The position numbers and the translations under genes were made by a program. Below, piece by piece: positions 12,551-26,100 of a stretch of 64,000 nucleotides of DNA (positions within the stretch are counted from its first letter, which is position 1; every line of letters starts with the position of its first letter). The notes under the pieces are model-generated. The model saw only the letters and a list, made by a program, of their open reading frames with translations. It was not told the DNA's origin and searched no databases. The DNA comes from Podarcis pityusensis (lineage: Eukaryota): NCBI GenBank assembly GCA_964106645.2, contig OZ067042.1; one strand, 5' to 3'.

Positions 12551-14079
12551 CTCATTGCCTCTTCCCAAAAACCTTTGCATTTGATGATAGGCATTTCCCC
12601 TCAGGCTGCCACTAACAAATACACCTATTCTGCTGCTCGGGCTAAGGGATTTGCACAGAAAGCCCAGCCTCTACGCTCATGAGAAGAATTAGACCTCACC
12701 CAGTCTGCAGGGAAGGTCACAGGAAGTGAAGCATGCGGCTCCTTTGTGTCCCTTTTGTAATTCTTTGTCACAATGAACTGCCCCTGGCTGCCCACCCAAG
12801 TTAAAGTGCATAGGCCTTGGTGACAGGAGCAGTCTGTCATTATTAGCCCCCACTTCTTTGGCACGAGTGCTTCACTCTTTCGCTACTGAGTTCACTTGTC
12901 ATCATTCTGCCTGTCACCATCCCAAACTGCACAGAATGGTGGCAGGCCCAAGTCTTTAAATGTGAGTCTCGAGGAAGTGAAGGTTACAGCTGAAATATCC
13001 CAGTTTGTTTCTATCTCCATTTAATTTAATCCCCCTTCTGCAGCCCCGAATGTAGGTGGTCCTGCTCTCAACCAATGGGGTCACAAGCTTGTGACTCTCT
13101 CATCCACAGGACCCCTAAGCACCAAGCTGTCTCAGGCAGGCTATTTACCAGCTCTGCCATCCCATGGATATAATGAACCGTTCACACACTCGAACCCTTA
13201 AACTTGGCAAATTACAACCCTGTTTTGCCCAGCCTCTTAAGACTGGGCACCTGCAGAACTTTTTGCTGAACTGGCTACAGTGCTTTGCTGGCTGGTTTGC
13301 CAGTTCACCTTGGATTGTCAGTCTAACTGTGTAAAAGTTCAAGTGCAGTGAAAGTAAAATTATATAAATGCATTCAGCATTCAAGGGTTGAAGGAGATAT
13401 ATGGTAAGCAAGCATATTGGCAGTACCGGCTCTTTCGCTATTTCAGTTCAGCATTCCCAAATCCAAACTAGCTCTTTACCTTACAGTTTCTTTTAATTGT
13501 CATTTGGTTTCATGCAGCCCCAGATGTTTATTTTCCAGCTATCCCAGCATACATTCAGACTAGGGAACCCGCTTTTTAGGGATGGGTCTGATTCCCCATC
13601 CAATGCATGTTACAGATGCTTGGAACAAAGGGTTTCTAGCTGTATTCAGTTGCCCATTACTATGCATTGTTTCCCATCAACAAACAGGCTGCAGTCAAGG
13701 CTAAGGAGAGGGAGAATGGCATTTGTCCACTTTGCATAACAGAGTCGCTTGGCGTCAAACAATCCTCTTGCCCAGCAGTCCTCTTGCAGAGAGCATTCTT
13801 TCATGTCAAATCAATGTGCTTACTAGAAAGCATGCCAGGTGTTCTTTCATATAATATACAGCCATTTGGTTTCATGTCCCAGATGTATTTTAGCACTAAA
13901 CCAATTTTATCCTGGCATTTTCTCATGAGAATATCTCCTATTGTGGAACTAGAGGGAGACTGATTGATGAAATGTGGGATAAAAGAAATTAAGGTTTGTA
14001 TCAAATTAAGAGAGGGCAGCTGCTGAAATGGAAACATGGAAATAAGAGTATTATACTTAATTTAGCTAAAATCCATGCA

Positions 14080-14081
<2 letters not shown>

Positions 14082-14110
<29 letters not shown>
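14082..14110. repeat. (GT)n microsatellite
   Basis: Direct reading. Confidence 0.95.
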
Positions 14111-14112
<2 letters not shown>

Positions 14113-15299
14113 CGCAGGGGACAAATTGTATAACTTTGTTTCATAGTTTTATGCTATCATCTGCAAACCTTAAAAGTGGCACCCAGTTAATGAATGATTT
14201 ATATTGATAATTATGGAGATCTTAATATTGCTTTTAGTGCCTTTTTCACTGTTCAGAGTACAGGCTGCTAACGTTCAGTGTTTCCTTTCTTTGGCTCTTG
14301 GCATTTAAATCATCCTAACCTTATGTCTTAACTCAGCATCCTGGGGAGTTGCTTGCACTTAAACAGAATATGCTACGAAACTACATAGCCCAGGAAAACC
14401 TGATTTTCTCCCCCGCTGCCTGTATCTGAAGCAGAGTCCCCATTGCCACTTGCACTAACAGTTCTCCAGGAGCGTCTCAGGGCAAGGTAATGTCCAGGAC
14501 TCAGTCATGGTGTATTTGCTTAGCGACACTTGGTTAAATATTTATCCCCTGCGCTGTTCCTCCCCCCTCCCGCAACTCAGAAGCACATTAGTTGTTAAAT
14601 GCCCCTCCTCGGGACGGCATGTGGCTCCCGGACCCTGACAGCTCAAGCTATCATTTGTACCTGTGAATTATTGATAAGCTATCAGACAACCCAGGTTTTG
14701 GAAGAGACAGACTGCTTGGATGGTAAAGGTGCTGGGCTGCCCCTCTGCTGTCTGTGTGGGGGGCGGGGGGGGGGGGAAGAGTGGTCCAAGGGAAGATTTC
14801 CTCTCACTGGTGCTCAGCTGCAACAAAAGCTATTGTAACGCAGTATCCCTGTGTTTGGATCAGGTGTCTCACTTGAGTGTGGTGTCATAATACAGGGCTT
14901 GGTCAGAATAAGCACTTCCATAGGATAGGAACCAACATGGTATGGTGATTAGTGTGCCAGGCTAGGAGTGGGCAGGCCTGGGTTCAGATCTCCTGTCTGC
15001 AGTAGCTAAGGGTCAACACCTTGCCTTCTGGAGATGTGTTGGTGGGCGGAGTTCATTATTAGTAAAAGCCATTTCCTAGCAGAAGGCTGTGTCTGGTTTG
15101 TGGTCTGTCTCTTCTTTGTAAATTAGGCCCAGTTTGAAATGATGACTTTGGATGTTTGTCACCTCTAACCTACCCCACAGGGCTGTTGTGTGGATAAAAC
15201 CCTCAACTCCTGGTAAAAAAATTGAAAAATGGAATAGTAGGTCTTTGCATGTCAGTTCAGGAATTCACAAAGCTTGGAATACGTAGATCTACTTGCTGT

Positions 15300-15300
<1 letters not shown>

Positions 15301-15331
<31 letters not shown>

Positions 15332-15441
15332 AATTTATTTGTACCCCGCCCATCTGGCTGGGTTTCCCCAGCCACCCTGGGCGGCTTCCACAAAGACCAA
15401 AAATACACTAAGATGCCATACATTAAAAACTTCCCTAAACA
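15301..15441 (-). mobile_element. L2 3' end with (ATC)n tail
   Basis: ccccgcccatctggctgggtttccccagccaccctgggcggcttcca, same family as 8715-9065. Confidence 0.78.
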
Positions 15442-15739
15442 TGGATGATACTAGGCGTCTGGTTTGAACTCTGGGCAGTCCATCCCCTACACACACACAC
15501 ACACACACACACACCCACACACCCACCCATACAAGGGTTGTATTGGCCAGCCACTGGCCTTGAAGAAGGCACAGATCCAGGGACAGATCCAGCAGGCATT
15601 CCAATCATCCGTGTATGGGTTGGCCCACATTTGGCTCAGAATCCAAGGGAAAGCCAGCAACTAGTGGAAATGCTTTTTCCCTAGTCTGAAGGAGCAATTC
15701 CTCAGGGAATCTGCTAGTGTGCTGCTTTTGTACATATAT

Positions 15740-15863
15740 AATCATAGAATTGTAAAGTTGGAAGGCACCACAAAGGTAATCTAGTCCAACCCCCTGCAAT
15801 GCAGGAATCTTTTGCCCAACTTGGGGCTTGAACCCACAACCCTGAGATTAAGAGTTTCATGCT
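15740..15863 (-). mobile_element. tRNA-Lys/CR1-tail SINE, 5'-truncated
   Basis: Homologous to 12293-12437. Confidence 0.78.
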
Positions 15864-16144
15864 ACCTTCTCTACACCAATGTATGTGCTTCTGGAAGAGG
15901 TAAACTCTACTAGTTCCTGTAATATGACTCTGGAGACTGCACAACTCAGAAAGCAGCCCTGGATGAATTATTACAATGACCTTACAATTACAGCGACTAT
16001 TACAATGTAATTAAATCCTTTCCCCCCACCCCCAAGTGGTAGGGAGCACCACACAGATAAAAATAAGTCCCAGGCTGCAAGTGCAAATATACCTTCACTG
16101 GCTCTGCCTCCAGTGTATCAATATCAAGCCCATTGTGGACTTGT

Positions 16145-17129
16145 CAGTGGCGTAGCGTGGGGGGTGCAAGGGGTGCCGGCCGCACCGGGCGCAACATCTG
16201 GGGGGGCGCACTCGCCACCTCCAGAGTCGCCGAAGAGCCTCGGGGCTCAGCTCCTTTGGGAGGAGGGGTCGGGCTGGGTGACCAGGGGGAGTAGCAGGCG
16301 CTAGCAAGGAGGTCCGGAGCCGGAGCCTGGCCAGGATCGGGCGCGGGATGGGGCGCAAGAGGGAGGGGAGAGTCGAGCCTGTCCGCCCCGCGAGGACTGC
16401 TGCGAAGAGGCGGGAGGGAGAGGAGGCCCCTTGGGAGGAGCGGGCAGGTGCTGGGGCGGCAGTGCCGGGCGGGGGCCGAGGGGTGGGCGCCCCCCTGCGC
16501 GGGCATCGCCTCGCCGCCGCCGCGGGCATGGCTGGGCGACCGGCCGAGGGGAAACGCCAAACAAGGCCAGGATCCAGGCCCCCGCTCTCCTTATTTGGCG
16601 CCCATTTCCGGCTCCCGGGTGGCCTCCTCCCACCCGCTCTCGCTACCAGTGGAAAGAGAGACGGAGGAGCAGCGGAACCCGCAGCCTTTGCAGGCGCTGC
16701 CGGCCGGGAGAGGGGAGCGCGGAGGAGCCCCGCGGGGCCTGGGCCCGGCCAGCCGAGGGATCTTGTGGCGAGGAAGGAGCCCAGTCTGCGCCCTCCTTCC
16801 CCACAGAGCTGCAGAGGGAAATCAAGGTTCTCCTGCTAGTTTCTCTTCTTCTCTCCCCCCCCCCCACTGCGTTACAACCGTGCCCCCCCTCTCGGTGCAC
16901 ATAGCACGATTGCAATCTCTCTCTCACCCCCCCCCCCCAAGTTAAACTAATGGAGCAAGCCAGCGCCAAAGATTTGTAGAACTGTGAATACCCGGCCCAG
17001 GCAGCAGCAAGAAGCTGGCAGCGGCGGCAGGTTAGGGGTTAGGGGCGCAAATTACTTGCCTTGCCCCGGGTTAGGGGGCGCAAATTACTTGCCTTGCCCC
17101 GGGTGCTGACAACCCACGCTACGCCGCTG
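16145..17129. mobile_element. Non-autonomous hAT (Tip100-like) element, 985 bp, with GC/CpG-rich cargo
   Basis: 17-bp TIRs cagtggcgtagcgtggg / cccacgctacgccgctg (1 mismatch); exact 8-bp TSD ggacttgt at 16137-16144 and 17130-17137; two ~31-bp subterminal repeats at 17035-17102; no transposase ORF. Confidence 0.9.
16589..16611 (-). promoter_or_regulatory. Candidate serum-response-element module (ETS + CArG) inside the hAT cargo
   Basis: CArG consensus CCTTATTTGG at 16589-16598; ETS site CCGGAAAT on the minus strand at 16604-16611; function untested. Confidence 0.4.
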
Positions 17130-17217
17130 GGACTTGTGCTAGCCAAAAGCCTGTCATTCCTTGTTCCCTTTCTGAGTCTTAATTCTGAAAACTTCCCAAG
17201 GGCAGTCCAAAAGCCTG

Positions 17218-17358
17218 CAGCTGGTGTGCAGAATCTTTGGCCCTCCAGCTGTTGCTGAACTGCAACTCTCATCATCCCTGGCCATTGGCTATGCTTGCTG
17301 GGGCTGATGGGAGTTGTGGTTTAGCCACAGCTGGAGGACCAAAGGTCCCCCACGCCTG
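17218..17358. mobile_element. Short palindromic hAT-type MITE
   Basis: Internal inverted repeat caactctcatca / tgatgggagttg; related degenerate copies near 8355-8440, 20960-21098, 45940-46060 and 60040-60150. Confidence 0.65.
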
Positions 17359-18022
17359 GCCTATGGATTATTATCAGCCACCAGAGGTAGAGCCTATAGT
17401 TTCCAAGTTCCTACCACCAATGTGAGGCCCCTGAATTGCTGAGTTATTAACTTCCTGGTGAGTACCAGGATGGCACTGGGGCGTTTGTTTCATTTCTGAT
17501 ACATTTTGGATAGAGGGAAAGGAGTTGGACCTGTCCTCAGTGCACACTCATGTGCTGACCATGTTTCCAGCAGGCTGGGCTCAAAATCTCACAGCTCTGC
17601 TCTGTACATAACCATGAATTCCAGAATCTAAACCAGCCTTTGTGGTTCTTGAAATGTGTGTAAATGTTATGGTTGTTTAAAAATGCAGTAGATGGTAAAT
17701 ATTTAAACGTGAAGTGTCCCTGGTTCCCCAAAGTGTGTAGAAACTGGTAGCTGAAAGCAGTTCTGCCTCCCTAAACTCAGCAATATGTAGATAAGCAAAG
17801 GAGACATGTGTGTTCTGGAGGCAGCGGGAGAATTGAGGTTGGCCCTGAAGACAGGCCTCATTAGAATATTATTTTCTAAGTGACAATATATATGCATGTC
17901 TGAAATGGGATGTGAGCATTGGGGGAAAGGTATTGTGTGCCGTGTTTTCACTGCAGGGTATTGTAGCAGCTTCGTGAAATGCCTACCAGAATATTTTGAT
18001 CATTCTTCCACGATCAGTTATG

Positions 18023-18270
18023 GTCAGCAAACTTTTTCAGCAGGGGGCCGGTCCACTGTCCCTCAGACCTTGGGGGGGGGTGGACTATATTTTTGGGGGG
18101 AGGGGAAGAATGAATTCCTATGCCCCACAAATAACCCAATTTGCATTTTAAATAAAAGCACACATTCTACTCATGTAAAAACACGCTGATTCCCAGACTG
18201 TCAGCGGGCTGGATTTAGAAGGCGATTGGGCCAGATCCGGCCCAATTCGGCCTTAGTTTGCCTACCAATG
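18023..18270. mobile_element. hAT-Charlie-like MITE
   Basis: gtcagcaaact...agtttgcctaccaatg ends, gggccgg subterminal motifs, flanking agttatg repeat. Confidence 0.68.
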
Positions 18271-20070
18271 AGTTATGCTATATAGAGTTACACAATGGTA
18301 ATTGGAGGTAGGATGGTATATTCCAGCTTTGTGGAAAAAAATAACCTTGCTTATGTATATCATCTGGACAAAGGCATGAAAGGAAAAAAGTAATAATTTA
18401 TTATTGCTTTGTTAATTGCCTTCTATGCAATCATCTCAATGCGATGTACGGTAGTAAAAAAGACATGACCCAGCCACCTTCAAATGTCACACAATGGAAC
18501 TCAGTGGCACAACCTTATGACCCTCGGAGGGCATCCCAGGAGTCATAGACTGGATATCCTCTCTGGCAGTGCTCTGAAGTGAGATCTGGTGTCAGATCCC
18601 CCATCCCTGATGCCACTGAAGCCATGGCCTAACTGATGTTGGTGTTTTCATGGTTCGACTTTGATGTGACTGGAGCCAACTTGCTACTTTGGATAAGCAA
18701 GATGCAAGTCTAAATGGAGGTGCCTATTCTGAATTGGTTTGGATGTGTTTGTCTTCATCGCTAAGTACAGTACTAATATTGCTGTGCTTTTGTGAATGTA
18801 TCTGCATGGTCAGAAGTGTGAGGATTTTAGTCCCTGCTGCCTGTACAACCTGGGAAGGGGAGCTGCGTTTGCTCTTTCTCCGCCATCTGAGCCACCCTTG
18901 GACCATCCTCATGGATAGTATTGGCCTTCCTCCATTCCTGCCCTTTTGGTCTATTGCAGATATTATATGACCCTTACGGAGAAAGACCATGTCATACACA
19001 CCGTTCCGTACGATACTCAGGGCACCACTGATAAATGTATAAAGGTAGTTATAGTTAACGACTGTGACAATTGCTCCCTGGGGCTATTCCACCACTCGCT
19101 TCTGCTTTGCTGTGCTGGAGCAAAGGTGACTGCAGGCTTTGACTACATGCAATGCCGTTGAATTTAATGGTGCATTTCCTATTAAAAATCTTATACAGGA
19201 GATTGGCCTGGATAGCCATTAATTGCAGTGTGTGGTGGGGTGAGGGGGCAGCTGGAGCCCAGAGCAAACTGCAATCTCTGGCAGCAAAAAGAAGGAAAAC
19301 TGCGAGAGATTGATTGCAGCACAAAGGCCAGAGAGCCTAATTCTTTCCTCGTCCCCATCCGCCATCACCCCCCCCCCCTTTTCTTCAGTCTCACTCTGCC
19401 TCAAATCTGGCAGGCAGCACAGGGCAAGACTATTCCAATATTGACTTTGAAGTGTGAATTTCAAACCCTCGTGGCCTTTTTATTATCTCGCCTGGGCCTG
19501 ACAAGGAGAGGGAAGAAGTGCCGAGAGATGAAACAGCTTAGCTTTTCAAAGGCTGCCACTTCCAGGTTCACTTCCACAGCCCTATCACTTTGCAGGCAAT
19601 TACACTGCATTCTTTCTCAGCACTGATTCTCTGCTCCCTGCTGAAAAGCCAGGCTAGAAGGGTAATAAGGAGGGGGTACCTCTCCTACCTCCCAGTCCCC
19701 CACCAACCTCACTGATGCTTCTGCCTTGCTTCCCTCAGTGCAGCTTTCTGCTACAAAACTTTGGAACTAGAGTGGTCAAAAGCATCACCACATGTGCATA
19801 TATTGCCTGTTTGCATGTCTGAACTATGAGGTGAGTGATAACCCAAGAGGTCCTTTTGTGTACCAGACAACAGTAAACCTGCAGTGGTTTCATGTGGCAC
19901 CTCTTTTCTTGCTAGGCTAAAAGACAACCGCCTGTGCTCTCTGAGGTGCACTCACAGCTCCTTCCTTGCTGTGCCTCAGAGAATAGTCATGCAGTGCTTG
20001 AGGCCAGGAATCAAACTCCAAGCAGTTCACTGTGTTTGCTTAGCTCACTGGGCTGTGTCAGGGCTACAAC

Positions 20071-20074
<4 letters not shown>

Positions 20075-20105
<31 letters not shown>
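20075..20105. repeat. (GT)n microsatellite
   Basis: Direct reading. Confidence 0.95.
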
Positions 20106-20108
<3 letters not shown>

Positions 20109-23100
20109 GTGGTAGTGTTTCGAGCTGATCACTTTCTGTCCCTTGATGAATCTCCAACCCTAATAAATGGCTGCAAGAAGGCAGATGGGGCCCTGCTTCC
20201 TGTCTGAAAAGAGAGATGTATGAAGATTGCTCACCCAGCCAAAAAGACATGCTTTCCTTGCTGCAGTGTCAGTGGACAAGGGGCTAGTTTGCTGAGCCTG
20301 CCGTATCTAACGCAGTGTCAGAAATGCCTTGAGATCCTTGCAATATTTAATTAGCATACAGCTCTCTGAGCGCCAGGCAGGAAATGTGTTTGCTAATTAG
20401 ACATTGTTGATTTCATACCCAGGAACATAATGAATGCCTGGCGGGTGCCCAAAGCAGAATCCCTTCCTCATTTCTATGCATGTATTCCACTTCCTACCAG
20501 CTGGGTCTTGCATGTCTGTGGGGCTGGTGTGCATTCACACTGGGCGCCTTATAGTAGCATCTTATGGTGATGCGAGAACACCAAGTATTCCTAGGTCGTG
20601 ACGTGGAACTTCCCTTCTTCTCACCCAAAGTGGACACTAAGAAATGAACTTTTAATGAGAGAGAATTAAAGTGGCAAAAGTGTACAATACATGCACATCA
20701 ATATTTAAAGGAGTTAAAAGAAATGAGAAATTTTGCCTATGAATCAGGGCATCTCTCCAGTTACAGCATCACTTGTTCTGTGAAGGAGTGAGTGATCTAT
20801 AAAGAGAACTCAACTAAAACTACAATTCCCAGAGTTCCTTTGATAAAATGATAACTTACACCAGTTTGGTTGATGTAGAGGTGTGTGTGTGTCCTTAGTC
20901 TTTTTGTTTTCACATTGCACACCCACACACATTTTCACAACTTATGTGCACTGGCTGTAGGGTGCTGGAATCATGAACCTATAGTCCTCCAGATATAGTT
21001 GCACCATAATCCCTGAACCCTGGTCATGCTGGCTGGGGCTGATGGGAGTTGGGAATTCCACAGCTACTGAATGCCCACAGAATGGCCTATCCCTGATCTG
21101 AGGCCTGTTTCAAACAAAAATGTTTGTCTACATTGAAAGCACATGTTGCATGTACCCTAAGAACATACCACAGATCTATTTAATCCAGCATTCTGCCCCA
21201 CTGCTCCTGCCTTGACATTCTTGTTGATTTCTTATGGCAATAATATGTAAGTTGCTTTGGTGAGGAAAAATATAAATAAATAAATTTCCACAGCAACCAA
21301 CTAGATGCCTCTAGGAAGCCACAAACAACATGTGAGGGCAACAGTCTACATTGCTCTTCCCTCCTGGCCACTGATACTCACTGACTTGTTGCCTCTTATT
21401 GCCACATATATGCAGTCGTCTCATGTCTTTACAAGGGTTGCATGCTTTCTCCTAGATGGAAGTGCTGTTGGTGCTGAAATCGTTTCATGTTTGAAGCAAT
21501 CCTACCCCCCCCATGAGTGTTGGATTCATCAGAGTCCTTCAGATATTCAGATCATATCTGTGCTGCAGATGACCTTTCTTCTGTGTCATGGGTTTGCATT
21601 GCTTGCCATATATTTGTTAGCTGCCTGCCTGCTTTTTCCATTGCTCCCATGTTGAATGCAGAGTTCTTCTTTACTTCCATGCCTGTTGGGATGTTTGATA
21701 TCCCAACAGGCATGGAACAGAATACAGAGTACAGAATAGAGATGTCGTCTATTAGTTCCAGTGGTGTCTTGCACACACAGGGAACTGGGCAGCTCCTGTT
21801 GAAGCAACCACTAAATGTGACTATGAAATGGGCTCATCTAGCTTTCCTGATCTTTTCCTGCTGCTCTTCACTGGAGCCACTTGTAGAATGATTATTGCAA
21901 AGGAATAAGAAGGAATCAGGAGCAGTTTTTGTGACATGAGCAAGGCATTTTTTTGTGGTTATTGTAGCTCAGGAAATGTCCAAAGTGATGTGTGTCTCAT
22001 AGCAAGCCGTAGTGGGGAAAGCAGAGTAAGGGCTTACATGGAAGTGTTTTGATCATTGTTTGGTTAACTAAAGGCTGGTCGCTGTCTGGCTGTCTGGGTG
22101 GCAGAGACCCGGGCACTGACTGGACATGCTAATACCAAGGTCTGAACTGCTGCCACCTACCCTATGACTGGAGGCTATGATACTAGTCTCAAAGAAATGA
22201 TGCTGAGCCTGCCAACTGCTGTCTGCTTGGCAGGAGATGCAATGCCAGCTCTTATTCAAATGCCTAGTGCCCGTTCCTTGGGATGCTGGTAACATGCGCT
22301 ACAATTATTTGGAGAGAGACATGGCTGGCCTCCTCTCTTTCTAGGAAGCCATTCATGTTCCACGTGACTGCATCTGGGAAGCTGCAGTTTTTGAGCAGCA
22401 GTTGTGAAGGAGTGCTTAATTTTTCCACTAAAAATCTCCTTCCCTTAGCTTCCTTTTCCCCCTGTAGAGTTTCCAGATCATGAAAGCTGCCAAGCAGAGA
22501 AGAATATAAGCACCCTGATGCCTTTGCTCAAAATTGCTGCTGTGCATTTAATAAAGCAGTTGTTATGTGCATTTGCATGTAATGTATAATTTGCCCTTTT
22601 GTTAGTACAGGAACTGGCTGACAGCCTAGTTGTGAAAGTAGAGAGTTGGTCCTGATGTGCTTGTGTCCTCTTCATCTTTTATTGTCCCCATTTCTTTACG
22701 TACCTGGGCTGGTAATAGTGAAGGGAGGAACTCTTGTGCCCAACTGTCTAATTGCTCCTGTCCTCTGACACTCACTCCAGAACAGTCCCTCAGGACCCTG
22801 AAGACGAGAAACACATGGAGAATAAAGGCATTGTAGGATACAGTTTCTGCAGGAGGACACGCTTTTGTTTCTTTTGATACCTGACCTTTTAACACTGATT
22901 TCAGAAGTTCTAAGCACTGTCCCCTGCAACCCCTCTCTGCACCCAAGCAATTACCTAGACACTTATTCCGTGTGTGTGTGTGTGTGTGTGTGTGTAAGTG
23001 TGGTTGATTTGGCACACATTTTCTCCGTGCAGGTTTTTGCACCCAAGGCCCCACCATTCAGAAATCTCATTCCTCACTTTCATCTTGGCTGTGGGAAGGC

Positions 23101-26100
23101 AGGGAGCCGATAATGAGGAAGGAGTATAAATGTCAACAGAAAACCAGCTTCAGTCAAAACTGATAAAAATAAACCCACCAGGCTTTCATTTCTCAGGATA
23201 TTCATTCTGAGAAGGTGTCTCTTCCATTGGGTCCTAGAGATTCTCAGTGCAATCTCTGGTTTTTGTGCAAATGAAGGCTTCCTTTAAAAAAAATTGAGCT
23301 GACTTCCATTGATGGTAATGCAGAAGGTGAATGGAGTCTTTCCTTAAACTGTATGATATGCATAGATTGTGTGCAAATCAGAAACTCATCACATCTAAAA
23401 CATTTGTCTGGAGTGTTTTAATCAGAGGTTGGATATGAGTAAAGCAATGAAGGTAACCATTTTAATAGCAAGGCCTCTCTTTCACATTTATAGTGCATTT
23501 CAGTTCTCTCTCTTCTGTCCCAACTATTGTATGATGTGAGGGATCATAAAAGGAACTGTCCCCGCAAGGTGAAGGAGGACAAAGTTATCTGATGCAGGTC
23601 GTCTTGTTCTCAGGTTACATTGTCAGGTTGCTGCACACCATACAGCTGATTCAGGCTACAAATAGAGCTACCCACCAATCTTTGTTGTTGCTGATAAGAA
23701 ACTGTATTGTGTTGCATCCTGCACTCAATTCCCCCCACCCTGCAACGCCCTGCATCTGTCACACACACACACACACACACGACTGCCAATGTCCAAAAGC
23801 CACAAATTCCTAATTATAACACCCATTAACTCCCCCTCCCCATCTTCCTAGCCAAATTTAAATTCTGCTTTCATGATGTTGAGAAACCTGATTCCACTGA
23901 CCCAGCCATCCCACAGGCCCCACTTATTTCCTACTTGGGTGTACTTGAAAATGCACTTGTCGTCTACAGCCTTAACAATTCAATAGTTTGAAAAGGAGGC
24001 ATTTTCAAACGCGGGGCCATCGTATACATGAGAATTTAAACATGTTCAAAATTTCTCATGTTTAATTTATGTGACTAAATTAGCAATTTATGGACAGAAT
24101 TTGCAGTTTCTGAACTCATTTGTACAAAATGTGCATTCTGGTAATTTTTATTAATGCCCTGAAAAATCCCGAGCTTTGTGCTCAGTCCGTAATAACACAT
24201 TGTAAGATAAGAATGACATAGGCTTGCAGTGAAAGATATTGTGGTCTTCTGTTGCTGTGTGATCTGATGTTGCAAGTGTAGTCACAGAATTGCATGAGTG
24301 GGACCTGTATCCTGCTCCTCCTGTTCACTCTTCCAGCCAGCCAGCCAGTGCCACAATAACCCAATCCATTCCCTTTCCCACCCTCCATTTCACCTGCTTA
24401 ATAGTAAGTCAGCATTCTGCGGTTACTGAGCACTCTCATTACTTATTGGGCTTTTGTGGGGGAAGGATTCCCCCCACCACAGGGTTTTTTCCTTGAAGAT
24501 ATTGGGGGGGGGGTGTACTTTTGCAAACCATAGGATTCAGCCAAGCCTGTATAACACACTGAATAGATTATAAAGTGAGTGTTGCAGGCCTGTGCCTCTC
24601 TGCCTCTTAGTGGGCTGACTGCAGAATCCCAGTACAAACAGCACTCAATTCTCAGCTTGGCTTAGCTTTATCTTCACCTTTCTCAGATCTGCACAGGTGA
24701 GAATGCCCACTTCACACTCATTAGCGAAGTAAAGCCATCACAGTGGGAGTAAAATGAACTCTGAGCACAACACCATCCCTGAAAAGTCCCCTGTGGGAAC
24801 TAGCACCAGCACGGAAGAAAGAGACCATAGCTTTCTCATTTTCACCTTGGATGAGTGTCTATAAAAACAAGGAGCTCCATGCTGACAGGGACATGCCTAG
24901 TGCCAGCCATCCTATCCGGCTGGAAGAAGAGACAATGATGAAACTTATTATGCATAACCACAGAGTGCAAAGTTATTTGGTCTTCTTGAGGCACAGTGCC
25001 TCCTGGAGCCCATTCTGGAGCAGTGCAGGTTATCACTTCCCCTTTGATGGCGAAGGTCAGGCAAATGAGGATTCTGTTAGGTGCAAAGCCTTCCAGGCCT
25101 AAGGCATGATCCATAGCACTGAATCTAGGGGTGCTTCTAGATGGGAGCCTTCTATCAAAAGTGGGTGGTTCAGATTCAATTTGTGCATGTTTGGCACTGT
25201 AGCTTGCACTGTATGCACTGCATTGTAGCATGTTTGGCACTTCCACACATTCCTTTTTTTGTCCCAAAGTCATAGATAGCAATTGATATTATGCTGTTGC
25301 TGTCTATACCAGTGGGTGGTGCTTCGTGGGATATATCTGGGCTCTTGTGCATACATAGGTATTTCTGAATCTGTGCATGTGTCCCTTTAAAAAAAAAAAA
25401 ATCTGCAAGAAGTGTGCAAGAGCCCAACAGCCAAAACTTTAGTTACCACGTTTCACAATGGGCAAAATGAAGTGAGGGAGGGCAATATCAATTTTCCTGT
25501 GTTTGTTTATTAATTTTTAATACTGCGGTCTTATGCAAAAGTGAAAATTACCTGACTAAGACTTGCACAAGACTGACAAAGGGGGATTGTTGCGAAAGAC
25601 TTAATTGTCATCATCATCATTATTATTATTATTGAAAGCCGAATGTATGTACTGCCATTCTAGCCTCCAAGGTAATTCCCCACATGTACTGTGTGGGGAT
25701 CATGAGAGAATGGCTCCTCTAACTGGGTTGTTAACATTCGAGAATGCTTTCAGCATGTAGGAACTGATGGAAATATCATTTGGGCCACCAGAAACAAAAT
25801 GATTATTCTGTTCAGGTGAAGAGCAGATGGAAGTAAGGGGGTGTAGTGCTAAAGTCTGCTTACGAAAACAGCACCGTTATTGTGACAAATTGTCCACCTA
25901 AACAACAACAAACACATGAATGAGCTTACACACCAGTGAATAGCCTGCTGGATCAGACCAATAGTCTATCCAATCCAGGAGCCTTTTCTTACAATGACCA
26001 GACAGATGCCAATGGGAACCTCAAAACAGGACTTTCCCCACTTGCGATTCCCAGCAACTGCCAGCAACAATGATGGAAGATATATAACAGGTTATTTTTT

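Noticed and set aside
16095-16969. Cluster of long overlapping ORFs and CpG island read as the SLIT1 promoter or a nested gene
   Set aside because: The block is bounded by TIRs and a TSD. ORFs are open in several frames because high GC removes stops, and none encodes a Slit signal peptide/LRRNT or a recognisable domain.
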